From Bigelowiella natans CCMP2755 (Eukaryota > Protista > Cercozoa): a DNA stretch of 56,688 bases. The position numbers and the translations under genes were made by a program. Under the pieces are notes generated by a model. That model saw only the letters and a program-made list of their open reading frames with translations. It made no database searches and was not told the DNA's origin. The DNA lies in contig ADNK01000138.1 of NCBI GenBank assembly GCA_000320545.1, forward strand, positions 1 through 56,688, in the 5' to 3' direction. This document shows positions 12,155 to 26,202 of the stretch, one piece after another. Positions within the stretch are counted from its first letter, which is position 1; the number at the start of each line of letters is the position of its first letter.

Positions 12155-14185
12155 GAATTGATGACCTTGATCTTCGTTGGTAGCTGGAGTTAATAACTTA
12201 GCAAAAACCGTATTCCATTGGTCGATATAGCTTTTACCAACAAATAGTAGATGACAATACAACACAGAGAACAAATAATAATAATAAATAAAATAAGAGA
12301 CTTTCAATCCAATATCATTGCCATCTCCTATATCCCATTTATTTCTGTCTCCTCCTCCTCCTCCTCCTCTTTTTTCTCCAACGACGACGATCATCCAACC
12401 TTGGGTGTGTTGACCAAAGAAGACGGGGATCTGGTAGCTGGAGGGCAATAGCTCCTGATGAGAATGGTTTTATCACATATTTATAGACAACGAAGTGTGT
12501 GGTGAAGAAGAAGAAGAAGAAGAAGAAGAATAAAAGGGGAGGGTGAGAGGAAGATCAGAACAAGATTACACAAGAAGAGAAGAAGAACAAGTGTTAATAA
12601 GACAATGGTTTCTGTCAGGGGTTCAACAATTTCTTCTTCCTTCTTCTTCTTGCCTCGTATAGTACTACTACTATAACTACTACTACTACTACTACCTAGA
12701 CTCTCGAGATGGAAGCTCAAGCACCACCTAAGAAGAAATTGTATAAGGAGGGGAGGGAGGAGAGAGGTTGTTGTAATAAAAGTTAAATGACCCAACTCAT
12801 CAGCTTAACAAATGATGACAACTGGAACAACAACAACAACAACAACAACAATAACAAAATACAATATTGATAACTACTCAACGAATAGCCCACAGCATTA
12901 TTGAACGTAGCGATTAGTAGTTTGAGATGTTGTTTATTTTCCCTATACTACTACTACCACCTACCCGATGCTGTCCTCCTCCTCCTCCTCGTCATCATCA
13001 TTATCATCATGATGATGAGCGTGTGATCTTGTTCTTCTTGCACTTGCATGCCAAACATCTTGGTCTATTACACCAATGCTACCGACCTGTGGTGTGAATC
13101 AATCATGATATATCATAATTATATTAATAATAATAATATTAATAATAATAATAATAATAATAACAACATTAAAGAAGAAACAGAAGAACATATTCGCTAG
13201 TAGGTATATCGCTTCTTCTTCTTCTTCTTCTTCTTCTTCTTCTTCTTGCATGCTCAACACACACACACACACACACACCTACCTTGACCCATGAATGCTG
13301 TTGCGCATGGAATACATGTAAATCCATTGATGGATCCATATAATATCTGGGAGGGAGGGAGAGAGATCATCATTTTAGTCAATTCTCTCCCTTTCCTTGT
13401 CTTTTTTTTCTTCGTGTTTCTTCTTCTTCATATCATTATTTATCTTGTTGTTACTGATCTTCAGTGTCCATCATCATCATCATCATCTTCTTCTTCGTCT
13501 TCTTCATCATACGTCTCTGTCCTTCCTGGAATCCATTTGAAACGTGAATTGCCTGCTCCAAGCCTCTCCTAAAATCACACAAATCGTTGTTATTGTTTGG
13601 TTGCTAGCAGCAGTCAGACCCAATAGCAGCCAACAGAATTCCTTCTATCCTCATCATGAATTTCTCCTATTCTTTCCCTCTTCTTCTTGTTCTTGTTCTT
13701 CTTTCCTATCCAATCACAGGGTTTCAAGCTCATCTGGCCAATATATTATTCTCCATGCCAATTTAACAATTCTCATCTTTCTTCTTAATCTTCCTCCTTT
13801 TCCTCCTCCTCCTCCTGTGGGTTAATCTCCTACAACAACTAACTAACTAACTAACTAACCACTGCTGCTACTACTACTACTACTACTCACCAGCCTATGT
13901 GTTCTGGCGAGTAAGCACTCCACCAAATCTTCAGCATTATCCTTGTTCAATAGTATTAGTATTAGTATTAGTATCAGTAGTAGTAGCACCACCAAAAGCA
14001 GCAGAAGAGAAAATTAGATAATAATAAAAGTGCAGCTACGTACACACATACAACACACACAAACAATATATGCATATACATATATGCACACACGCGCGCG
14101 CGCACACACATACACACACACTCACACACACACACACACACACACGCACACACACTCACATACACTCACATACAAACACACACAC

Positions 14186-14234
<49 letters not shown>

Positions 14235-15200
14235 GATGAAGAAAAGGGGTGAATGAAAGAAGATAGTGATTAAAGAATATAATTCCACTCTATTGATCAT
14301 CATCATCATGATCATCATCATCATGATCATCATGATCATCATGATCATCATCGCCTCAGTAAACCTTGGCGTCTTTTATTACTTCTTCAACCTTATTTTC
14401 ACACACACACACACACACACATACTGATTGATTGATTTATTGATTAATTGATGAGTGTATTTCATGAATAGTGATTAGAGTGAGCAGATGAGTCATCATA
14501 CACTTGGCCGGTGCTGGTGCCGTGAGTTATGTCTTCGATCACTTGACCACCGTCGATTGGAAGAGGAGGAGGAAGAACACTTTATATTACTTTGCCATAT
14601 CTACATCGTAACATATGTATGCTGCGTTATTGTGATTGCCTTATTTGTTATTAAGAATAGTACTCTCTCTCTCCCTACAAAGCAACAACAGACTCATAGA
14701 GTAGTAACATACATACAACATACATACATTCCAACATTAGGGTTTTACATACATAGTGTGCTAACATACATACATATATATCATATGTTCACTATATGTT
14801 CTTTGTTCTTCCTCTTCTGTTCTCCATTTTCTCACTTTGTGTAGTATATTTGTGAGAATATAAAGTCAAGTAGTAGTAGTAGTAGTAGTAGTAGTAGCAG
14901 GAGGAGGAGGCAAACCTTAGTTGCGAAGAATTCGTGGTAACACGGCATCAAATATTCTTCTTCTACGTCTATGATTGGAATATTGAGAGCAGGGACCACC
15001 TTCTCTTTTGCTGCTGCTTTTGAGTAATGATGGTGCTCTTGTTGTTGTTGTTGTTGATGATGATGATGATGAGATATGGAGGACGAATTGGTGAATACTG
15101 AGATCCCGTCCTTTAGATCTTCTTCTCCTCCTCCTCTTGCTTCTTCACCAAGAGACGATGATTCATCACAATCAAGAAGAAGATGGCGACGACGACTACG

Positions 15201-15231
<31 letters not shown>

Positions 15232-16816
15232 TTTGTTGCTCTGTAGAACACGTTTCTGAACACTTTCCCACTAACGATCATACCCTGTATTCGTGGTGGT
15301 GGTGGTGGTGACGATGATGATGATGATGATGGAGATGGTGGATGGAGGGGGAGGGAGGCTGGGTGATGGTTCTTCTGTTGAAGAAGAACAGAATTAGCCA
15401 CCGAGTCGGAAAGACTAGCTTGAGATAACCCCATAAGCAATTGTCCTGGAGGAGGAGGAGGAGGAGGAGGAGGAGGAGGAGGAGAGAAACTACTACTATT
15501 TGTGCTGCCACCACTACAACTAGATAATGATGCCCTTCCCCCGTGGAACTCTCTCTCCCCCTCTTCCACCGATGTTATGTTGGGCGTCAGAAAGGGAATA
15601 AGGTAGCAAGCCAGGCTAGATCGTAAGACCTGTATGTATGTATGTATGTATGTATGTATTTATGTATGTATTTAACAACACTACCACAGATGCTGACCAA
15701 TATTTTAATCAAATGTTAAAACATTTTCTTTATTATTATTCCATGTGTTGATGATTTTCTGCATGCATGTAGCGGTGCTTGCGTCGTTTCATTCTTGATA
15801 TTATGATAATACAATAAAATAATCGGATCACGACGGCATATTTAGTAGCATCCATCTTGTGAGTACAATTGAATCAAATTGGCATATGTGGTGGGTATAT
15901 CTATCGATCATCCTCCTCCTCTTGTTGTGGGGATAATATGATGATTAGGTAGCCACAACTTACTGTTGCTGCTTCGGCTAAAGATCATGATGATGATGAT
16001 AATGATAATGATGATGATGATGATGAAAGAGGGAAAAACAACGACTTCTTCTTGTGACTGACCGCTAACTGAGATACATGTACTGTCTCGTATCGTCGTT
16101 GATGATCTCTGTATAATATCATAGTTTTGACTCCTCAACGTGGCAAAGCTCATGATAATGATGATGATGATGATGATGATGATGAATCCATGACTATAGT
16201 GTATTATGTGCGTATGTAGCAGTATGTATTTATGATTTACACACACACACACAAACACATAATATTGAAGAAGAATCAGCAGCAGCAGCAGTAGCATTAT
16301 CAAACACACAGCACCTTCCCTCCAATATGATAATATTCATGTACAAGCACACCTTGGGTACTGAAGATCATCAAGGCACTCACGTGCAGCCACAATCTAT
16401 TATATCACATGTGCCCCACTTACTACCCACAGATTACTATTTAACTAACGAGCTAATTAATCATATGGTATTGTTTTTTTCTCGACTAAGAAGTGGAGAA
16501 GCAGCAGGAGGAGGAGGCCAGTGAATCGATCAATAACAAATTATATATCACATCTGCTATTTCTAGCTGCTGCTGCTGCAAAATATGTTTTGTTGGATTT
16601 GAAACATCTTGAGAATCTCTCACTAGTTGTCTCTCCTCAGCTACAACTCCCTCCACACAACAACAACAACAACTACTACTACTACTACTACTACAACATC
16701 CCCTTGCCAACAACTATGGTCTGTATGTATTGTATGTGTGCGACGACGAATAATAATAATGCTAAGAAGCAAGTGACTAATGAATCAATCTCTTAATATT
16801 ACCAACTGACTGCTAC

Positions 16817-16847
<31 letters not shown>

Positions 16848-17180
16848 CTCAGGAAGAGAATTCAAATAGACACCAAATAATACGCCAGAATTTCTTCGCT
16901 CTAAGAGATGTAGGTAGTAGTAGTAGTAGTAGTAGTAGTAGTTGTAGTAGCGTTATTATAGAGTGACGCTGGCTGCTGCTACAAATTCATTCTTATATTG
17001 TGAAAATTGATTATCGGTTTCTATGTGTGTGGTACTACCGAGGATATTAGAGAGAAACCGTGATATTTGTGATATAGGATGTGAATGATTATCCTCTGTA
17101 AGAGTATCGTTGCCCCTCCCCCCCATTGTGTTTGTCCTCCAGCACCAAGATATCTCTATGTTACAGCAGCAAGAATATGA
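11714..17180 (-). CDS. Multi-exon hypothetical protein
   Basis: Chain of AG..GT-bounded exons: IVAARECLDDLQYPR, VLRSSLACYLIPFLTP...EYLMPCYHEFFATK (~14915-15630), DNAEDLVECLLARTHRL, HLKLLIATFNNAVGYS, AIALQLPDPRLLWSTHP, YIDQWNTVFAKLLTP. No family recognised; some junctions unresolved. Confidence 0.45.
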
Positions 17181-17848
17181 TTAATGTTGGTAGAGAAGAC
17201 AAAGGGGGAATAAGATCGAGAACACGAAGCAGCAGCCAAGAAGATGAGAAAGAATATCACGACGATCCAAGAAGTAACATTTCAAACAGAATATAATAAA
17301 CAGTTGTTCCCACAAATTGAATGGTAAGTCAGGAATTTGATATATTTTTATTTCTTCTTCTTGGCTTTGTTGTTGCTTTTGATCTTCTTTTTTTTTTTTT
17401 CCTTCTTCTTCTTCTTCTTAGTCGGAAGGTAAAATGTAAGTCAATCAAATGAAACAAAGGTGGTATTCGGTCTTAATGGTGAAGGATGAGCACCAGGAGG
17501 TATAGAGAACCCATCCTTTGCTTTTTGATGTAATGCACACCCTCTTCGTGCTGCACGTACGGATGCTGAGAATTCAATCCCATCACATAAATAAGGTTAA
17601 TACCACTACTAGTAGGTTCTTAAAAATAATAACGAGGAGGAGGAGGAGGAGGAGGAGGAGGAGGAGGAGAGGGCAGTACGTGCCCCCATCAACATGATTC
17701 CAACACACACACACACGAAGAAAGAATTCATTCATTCATTCTTCTTCTTCTTTACCATGTAAACGTCTACGCAGCCGAATCACCTCGTCCTTACTGTCCT
17801 GTTTTTTATGATGATAATAGTTTTTATCCCAACGACTCAAACGCCCAT

Positions 17849-18189
17849 TCAGCACTAGCAGTTGTAGCATAGCAGCAGTAGCAGCAACAGCAAAAGCAGC
17901 AACATGGTCAAAACCACCTTTACTTCCAGCTTGAATGCGATAAGAAGACAAGTTAGTGCACGTGAGAAATCATGCATTTTGAGCTGGTCAAACATCCCAC
18001 TGAAATATCATCATCATGATGATAATGTGATGATGATGATGATGATGATGGTAGAGTCCAAAGGAGGGAGAAATAGGAAGCATTATAATAAGGATTATGG
18101 GGGGGGGAAAAAAAAATAATAATTAGCCTAAAATTAATAAGGAGGGAAATGATAAAGAAGGAGTATGAAAAAGAAAAAGAATAATAAGC

Positions 18190-18229
<40 letters not shown>

Positions 18230-20169
18230 ACGCGTCGTATTTAGTTTGTACATTCATTAATTCGATCTCAACGGTGCTGCTTATTTTGATTGCTATCAAG
18301 CAAACATACAATGTATCTAGTAACATATACTAGTAGTAGTTTTAAGAACCTGATTGCAGCATCAATGAGCTCTCCAATGTCCGCAAACTCAACGAGATAC
18401 TCATGTGCCTGAATCTATTGTTGGTGGAAAACATGATCATGATTAGATGATAATGTGTTTAATGATAATGGTGACGTAACAGAGTAAAATGGGTAGTTGT
18501 TGTTGTTGTTGTTGTTGTTGTTGTTATTGTTGTCGCGTTGTGGTGGATATATTTTGTGATAATCTGTTTATGTGTTGTTGTATCTTTATGATTCTGACAT
18601 GTAGGAGAGGACAAGGGGTGGGGATACCGACTCTTTGTATGCGCCTTAATAGCTGTTCGCGAGAAGCGTACGAAATCGAGGTTTGGTACTAATGAATGGA
18701 AAGTACAAGTATCGAATATGTGGACGGACATGAATACTTTCTCTCCCCCTCTCTCGCTCTCTTTCCAAACCTCCTTGTCGAATGCTCCGTAGGTCTTGGT
18801 TGCATGTTCCCAATGCCAGTTTCTTTATATTAGGTGAGAAAGAATGATGGTGATGATAATAATGATAACAATCACGATCATTCGTAGATATCATCATGTT
18901 GTGGAGAAATATAGTAACAACGGAAAAGATCAAACCGAATCGAATATGATACTATTTTTGGGTGGTGGTGGTGGTAGTGGGGATGGTGGTTTTTAGTATT
19001 GGAACAGGCACAGAACAATACTAATGCTAGCAGCTGCTGGTGTTGCTCGTTCGAATGAATGATGTACGTAATAACCTTATTGCCTTGTTACTCTTTCTAC
19101 ATGCCCACTGTAGATATTGTTAATGTTATTGTTGTTATTATTGTTGAGATACCAAGCAAGATAAGCACGGTGATAATGACCATATGATGATAATTGTGGT
19201 CATTATTGAAAAGAACAGAGAATCCGTGCTGCTAGTATCATCTATCCGTCTACTATTAAAAATACAAGCTTCTATTATTTACCATTCGAAACTTTACTAC
19301 TACCTGAATATCATTTGAGGCAAGATGAAAGATCTTAATGGGACCTGGCAATGCAGGGTCTAAGCCTGCATCCTTCGTTACAATCTCTTCTTCCTTTTCC
19401 AACATCTGAATGTGAGCTAATCCCTCTTCTTCACCATCATCATAATAATCTTTACTTCCCTCCATGATCTCGGTCTATTAAACAGTAAAAGGTAGCTCAT
19501 CATTACTTGGGATGATGACTACATAGTTTTCTTATATTGTAGGAACACGATGATAGTTACTGACCAACTCGGATGGCAAATGCTCCTTATTATTTTCACT
19601 AATATCCAAGTAATTCTGTCTTCTCTGGGCTGTCTCCATAGCACGTGCCTTCCGCAAAATTGCGTCAAAGTCTATGTTTCTCGTAGCTCCGATGTTAGAG
19701 ATCGAGGGAGGGGCCTCATGACTACTCGGCGGCTTTCCCTTGGAAGAAGATGCTACTGCTGATGCTGTTGTTGTTGCTGCAAAAGATTGGAGAAATTGCA
19801 CAGAAGAGATTATGCTACTATCGCGCCCCGCTTCGATCTCTCCAGCCATTTCACTTCGAGCTATCGCAACTCCTTTGTTCAGCTACAGACAAGGAATAAT
19901 TACATACATGATCACTTTGTTAAGCTACAGAAAAGGAATGATTACATGCATGATGATGATGGTGGTGATGATGATGAAATTGATGTTTTAGAAGGCGCCT
20001 TATAATATCACATAACTAGTAACCTGTTCATCATCGAAATCGTCGTCATCTTCAACGTCTTCTTCATCCCCAGCAGCAGTACCAGGTCCCCCCATATGAT
20101 ATCTTCTTGCAGCCTATTTTATTTTTTTATTTAATGTAGGTATAATGTACTGCCAAGATGAAGAAGAAA

Positions 20170-20201
<32 letters not shown>

Positions 20202-21630
20202 AAGCTGCTTCATCAATATTTACTACCTTAGAGAGAACTGATGCCGTTTGGTCAGACACCTCATTAGCACTATCATCGGTCTCTTCTCCACTGCTACTAC
20301 AAGATTCAATACCAGATGAAATGTAAGCAGAGGCGCCGTCAATAAGGGCTGGTTTGACATTGTCCTCTTCTTCCTCTGTTGTTGTCCATCCATGTTGCTG
20401 CGGAGGAACAAATGCGTCCAAACTTCTCATCTCCTTGAGACGTGTTTCATATCTTCTTTTTCTGGTCTTTCTTCGTCGAATCTTGTGACGCCGATAGGTC
20501 ATGGGGTCATAGGCTTTCATTCGGTCGGTGAGATAGGATTCCAGCAGAGAAGGATCATTTTGCAATAGCTCCTTTACGTCTTTGGTGAATGATTCAAAGA
20601 CTTCCCTGCTTCGGTTCTGAGTGGTACATAGTAAGAGAAGAAGAAGTGAAAAGATGAAGAAAGAAAGGGGTACGTACGTATGTATGTACAAACACTGCAA
20701 TAAAAACGACTATGATGACAAGGAGTATGTATGTACCAACACTGCAATAAAAACGACGATCATGATGACAACGTGCATGAAAGTAGTGGTAGTAGCAGTA
20801 GTAGTAGTAGTAGTAGTGGGTTAAGAATAATCGCAAGAATGATAAAATCACGATTGAAAAGCTTTTTATCTTCCAACCTTCTCCCTTTCCCTGTCTTCTA
20901 AGTAGTTAAGTGCAACTTGCTCCGCTTGTGTGTTATTTTGCATCCACTGAATTGGAACATGGTAGCCGCCCTCTTCATCAAGAGGATCGTTCTTCCTTAT
21001 TCCCCCCCCGCGCCCAAGCTTGGGCTCATCTGGTATCGGTGAAAGAGGTCTAGATTGGGAAATTTTTTCTTCGGTAGTACATGCGTCGTCGTTATAATGA
21101 TCATGATCTCCCAATGCAAAGCTCTCAGCAGCCTCGACAGCTGCTAATGCTGCTGCTGGTCTGGGAGGTTTGCTGGTCAGACTGTCATTCTCCTGTGAAG
21201 GACGCTTATTGAAAGCGGGAAAAAATGTATTATTTGAGGCGGCTACAGGATTGGACCGCTTTCCTCTTTCTCCTTGTCCTCCTCCTCGAAGAAACAGAAG
21301 TTGATGTAGTGACCGCGGCATTGAAGGATGAGCTCTATTAGTGCAATAAGTGGTTGCTCTATTTTGCCGCCTTGGATCTTGAGGACCACATTGGGTATGG
21401 TGACTAATCCTACGGGTGCATGTCGAAGCGATAATTAACGCAAGCGTAGCCCATATCTGCGAAGAAGAAGAGAAGTAGGAACACAACAAAGAAATGTTTG
21501 CATAAGATGGAATTACAAATACAAAAGAGTGGTGTGTTTTTTCCACCGTTCTTTCAGCGCAAGGATGATTTTGTCGCATCCTTCTCTTATCAGGATTGGT
21601 CCTCTTCCTCCTCCTCCTTCTCCTCCTCAT
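17849..21630 (-). CDS. Multi-exon hypothetical protein with a possible N-terminal signal/targeting peptide
   Basis: Exons within ORFs 20866-21630, 20131-20700, 19532-19849 and 19256-19465, then WACRKSNKAIR, NWHWEHATKTYGAFDKE, IQAHEYLVEFADIGELIDAAI, GMFDQLKMHDFSRALTCLLIAFKLEVK. Hydrophobic IWATLALIIAS followed by LLFLRGG. Confidence 0.5.
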
Positions 21631-21918
21631 CCATCGCAGGACGAATACATGTACTCATAGCGGATATAAAAAGCTGTTAGGATTGAATTCGATCTTTGCC
21701 GCTGCTGAGATTATTGACTTATTTGATCTTCACATTGAGGTCGTTTATACGAGGCGACAACGACTTGTTCTTATTATTCAGGGATCAACGGGCAAACCTT
21801 CACGCATGACAGCCATCTGATGATCGTTTGCGACATCATAAAAGGGTTGTCGTTGTTATACAATCGCTAAACATCCGCTTGGAACCACTTCTCTTTCCCC
21901 CCCACAGACTACCGATAG

Positions 21919-22885
21919 ATGACCACCAAACAATCAACTTCAAACATTAAGATTGGGGTTCTTGCGCTCCAAGGAGCCTTCGAAGAACATGTTACAATGA
22001 TGACTAAGCTTGGTGTTGACACCTGCGAAATCCGTAATCCAGAAGAATTGGTAGCATGTTTTTAAGGTTCTGCAGTGGGCATCCTTGTGATATTCGTTGT
22101 CTCCGCTTAAACTCATTCAGGAGGGACTACATGGAATTATTATACCAGGAGGTGAAAGCTCCACCATCTCTTTGGTGGCAGAAGAATGGAAATTGGTAAT
22201 CAATATTCTCTCAATGGGATAAAACAAACTGGGTGGGGTACCGCAGTTTGTCAATTTACTCCAACAAACATCGTGTAGGTTGATCCTCTGAAGAAATGGG
22301 TTACCGAAGGTCGACCAGTATTTGGAACTTGCGCTGGAATGATTTTTGTCTCCAAGGATGCAAAAAATCAAAAGAAGGTTCAAGCCAAACAAATCCAATC
22401 GCCGACGTGACTGCTCACTCTCCTAAAATTTACATTAGCACGGCCAGACACTTCTGGGTAAACTTGACATTGTGGTGGATCGAAACCATTTCGGTAGACA
22501 GAAGTTTAGCTTTGAGGGTAAGGTCAATACTGAACTGGACGACAAAGAGGTACACATCAATCCTTCGACCCTTATCCAACAATACACTCCTCTTCCCATG
22601 CAGCACTCAGGAATTTTCATCCGGGCACCAGGGATATTGAGCGTGGGAAAAGATGTGAAGATTCTTGGAACAATAGAGCACGGTGATAAAAAGGATATGG
22701 CTGTGGCTGTCCAACAGGTTATTTATGTGGCTCATCTCGTGGGAGAACGTGACATATTGGTTTTTCTGCAGGGATCTATTCTCGCGACTTGTTTTCACCC
22801 GGAGCTGACCGAGGATGAGCTTTGGCATACTTATTTCTTGAAGATCGTCAAAGATTCTAAGATATCGAAACCATTCACAGCTTAG
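21919..22885 (+). CDS. PDX2: Pyridoxal 5'-phosphate synthase glutaminase subunit (Pdx2/PdxT/SNO family), 6 exons
   Basis: Spliced product has [33 protein letters not shown] (catalytic Cys), RNHFGRQ, GIFIRAP and FHPELT (His-Glu of the triad). Introns 22051-22120, 22196-22278, ~22378-22438, 22550-22603, 22718-22771. Confidence 0.96.
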
Positions 22886-22989
22886 AAACTGGCATGCTGT
22901 ATGCAAATTATACTAGGAAGCAGAGTCAAATAAGCTAGTTCAACACTATTTGTTTCCAGGTATAGAGAGAGAGAGCTGATGAATGTAAA

Positions 22990-23470
22990 AAAAATATTAC
23001 AGATTAGCTTATTCTAGTAATATCTAGATGTAGCTTCTAGACTTGAAAATTATGCGCGCACAAAAAAAAATCAACAAGTCATTTGTATTTGCAAACATAG
23101 ATTGATAGACATCAAGATGTGGCTAGATCGATGGGCCGCACTAGCGCACGCTAGCTACATGCACACAAACAACTGGCTAGCTGGGCACCTCTATTGCACC
23201 TAGCATAGCCTCGTTTCGTCTCTACTCTAGTACTAGCTAGTTAGGCTAGTATAATCGTTACCATTGTTAGATTTACACGACAGTAGTATTATGATGCGAA
23301 AGTATGCCTTCTGCTATCTAGCTATGCACAATAAATAAGGTGCGCGAACATGAACACAGTTGTGACACGTGCTTGTAAGCTGCCTACGATAGCTAAAGTT
23401 CGCATAGTCTAGAGTATACACCATCCGATATGAGCGATAGCTTCTAGTCTAAATTGCATGCGATTTATCA
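22990..23470. other. CTAG-rich intergenic island between convergent genes
   Basis: Dense ctag/gctagc motifs; TpA only partly reduced. Confidence 0.45.
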
Positions 23471-23687
23471 TTTGGTTCAGACGATTGATATAAACTACAA
23501 AGCCTGCCTGTAAGTTGTAATATACATAATACGAAATCGTTTTATCATTTTGATTTCTGTGTCTCGCACATGTTCACCTACGAAGTGCACGATTGCCTAG
23601 CCTTCAATTTCTTCTAGCCAAATGATAGATTAGTTGTTTCCTTTATCTTTTTCTTCAACCGAGTCTCAACCATAGGTAGTTCAATTC

Positions 23688-25662
23688 TCATTCCAGTTTT
23701 GGAAGTTTTTTATATCGTTTCTTGGAGAAATTTTTGACATCCTGAGTTGTTTTGTAAACTCAATTAACGCAACTCATTCTGTAACTTTTTGTACCTTGAA
23801 GTCCTTCTTTGCGTAGGTAATATAGATCACAGGCCTCTTCGTACCAGATTTGTTTCCAAGGCCCCTGTGTTTGATCCTGTAGTCAAACAGAATACACTGG
23901 CCAACACCTGCGTTTATCGTCATCGGCTTTGTACCTAAATACACAACAGTTGATGAATGTGTCTAAAAGGACTGCAAATTCCGCCCCTCTTCCTTCTCCT
24001 CCTCCTCCTCCTCCTCCTCCTCCTCCTCCACACATTGCTGGTCATCACCTGGATCCCAGTAATTTCCCTGAATATGTGATGTGGGTACGAACTCGGTCGG
24101 ACCGACTTCGGGAGTAAGATCCACAAGGGGTACAAATACGTTCAAGATATGAGGCTGGTATGGATAATAGGGGGAAGACCAATAATAAACGTTTAGCCTC
24201 GGTATGGATAAGGAGGAAGAAGAATCAGAAGAATTGTAAGCGTTTAGTCTTGTCACAATTCAGCTGATTTACTAGAATACTCACTACAACCGGAAGATGT
24301 TTTTTCTCATTGAGATGTGGTCCGTCCATGTGATAAGGTTGGGTTTCTGATCCTGGAAGCGAGATCATAACGCCCGTATGTACGACTTTGATCTTACTCC
24401 CCAAAATTGCTTTAACCAAAGGCAACCATGGAGCCTTAACAAGAGCACATATGAAATATTAGTACTCACTTTAGTCAATGCTCTCAACAAATCTATCCGC
24501 CATCATCTCGAAACATATACACATCTGATATCTTTTTACTGGTAAACATCGCAATACCTTTGTATTCATGTAGCTAAATTCCTTTTTCATAAACTCTGGG
24601 ATTCGAAGATCATACCGATCACGGCTGCGAGTCTTGAATGTTGTGAATCCAACATCAACAAGTTCTTGCTCAAGCCCCAATCTCCTTACTTATCGCACAA
24701 CAAAAATTTTTAGTGTCAATAATAGCATTCCATACTCAATATTTTACCAGTATCGAAAGCTTCGTGAAGCCTTTCCAATGTAAGATCCAGACAAGATTGT
24801 GTTTGACGGGTTGTAAGTGCTCGCTTCAAGCGGCACAATCCGTATTGCATAAAATTTTCTTTTAATATCGCAATGTCATCTACGCATCAAAATAGAAGTT
24901 ATCATCTTCCTTGGTAAAAGGACATATATATATACATTATATATATATATATATATGATTACCCGGACCGTCATGGGGAGTGTACGGTGGTTTCAAGCAT
25001 TTGGGGCATATCCATTCGTCTTCAGGGAGACCTTCCATGTTGACGCACTTCAAGTGGTATGCAAGTGAACATTTATCACAGCAAAGAAGCTCTCCTCCCC
25101 ATCCACAGATATCACACACATCATCGTGTTCTTTATTGTGACATTCGTCACAGAACCAGGTTCCAGAAGGTAATTCTTTGAGGGAAGGAGTGATGCATTT
25201 TAGGTGGAAGGCTTTAGGACACGCTTCACAGCAAAGGAGCAACCCTTTCTTCCCACAAGCAGTGCATTCGTCAACGTTTTCAGAGGCAGGGTCCTTTCTG
25301 GGCCGTCTTATTTTCACTTCTGGAATAAAGGTGAACTTTTGGAGGGGCTTCCGCTCTCGAGTCGATCGACGACAACGAATGGTTTCAGGCTTAGCTGGAA
25401 TTGGTACTCGTTCAACGGGAGAATAATTTTTCTCAACATCATTTGTATTTTCCTCTTCACTTTTGTCAATTCGCTTTATTTCATTCCTTTTTTTTGAAGG
25501 GAGTTGCTCATATTTGGGGAGGTTATCATTACTCCTCTTGAGCGTTCCACTTTCAGGAGGCTTCTTCGTAACTTTTACAGCCTCATCGAGTTTTTTATTA
25601 CACATAAGGTTCCGTCTGGGCTTAGTGGCACGACCGAATTTAAGCATCGAAGTTCTTGTCAT
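23688..25662 (-). CDS. Tandem PHD-finger protein fused to a PhyH-family 2-oxoglutarate/Fe(II) dioxygenase domain (7 exons)
   Basis: Exon 1 has two C4HC3 PHDs (CTACGKKGLLLCCEACPKAFHLKC...WFCDEC; CDICGWGGELLCCDKCSLAYHLKC...WICPKC). Phase-compatible downstream exons give QPYHMDGPH (HxD), LNVFVPLVDLTPEVGPTEFVPTSH, ILFDYRIKHRGLGN (distal His) and KRPVIYITY (2OG-binding Arg). Stop TGA at 23688-23690. Confidence 0.88.
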
Positions 25663-26202
25663 GTGCAACGCCTTTTAAGTCGTGGGTAGGTAAATCTTTC
25701 ACAACTGTATCGAAGGAGGGAAAGAATATGAGCAGATGTGATATGGTTTACACGTTTACACGTCGGTGATGCTTTTATTATATTATTCAGACTCAAGTAG
25801 CTATTTGCACGTGGCATATTTTCTAAATACGATGCTTTTTCTTAAAAATATGTGGATCCCATGATTGTCACATGATTTTGACTTCCTCACATAGATCTAC
25901 ATGTACGTGTGGGTTGTTGCCCATCGATTATTGTCCAACTTGAAATAGAACTAATAAATTTTCAAACACTCGTTTCTAGCGGTTAGTTTAGGCGGGATAT
26001 TTGGCGGGATTCCATATAGATATTCGAAAAAACCATTGAATTTATTATCTGCGACAGAAGAAAAACCAGTCTGCATTCATAAAGTTTGGCAATGTTGTTT
26101 TGTTGTCGCAAAAGATAATTTGAGGGTATTTTAGTAGCAATCTTAAGATCTAAATAAACAAAGAAGAGGGCGTCCATCTCAGTGTGTGAGTGTGTGTACG
26201 TC

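Noticed and set aside
13570-13830. Stop-codon readthrough or an alternative genetic code
   Set aside because: Apparent in-frame stops are better explained by unresolved introns or indels; the conserved genes translate cleanly with the standard code.
10582-14351. Numerous short poly-amino-acid ORFs (THTH, ERER, IYIY)
   Set aside because: These are translations of intronic or intergenic microsatellites.
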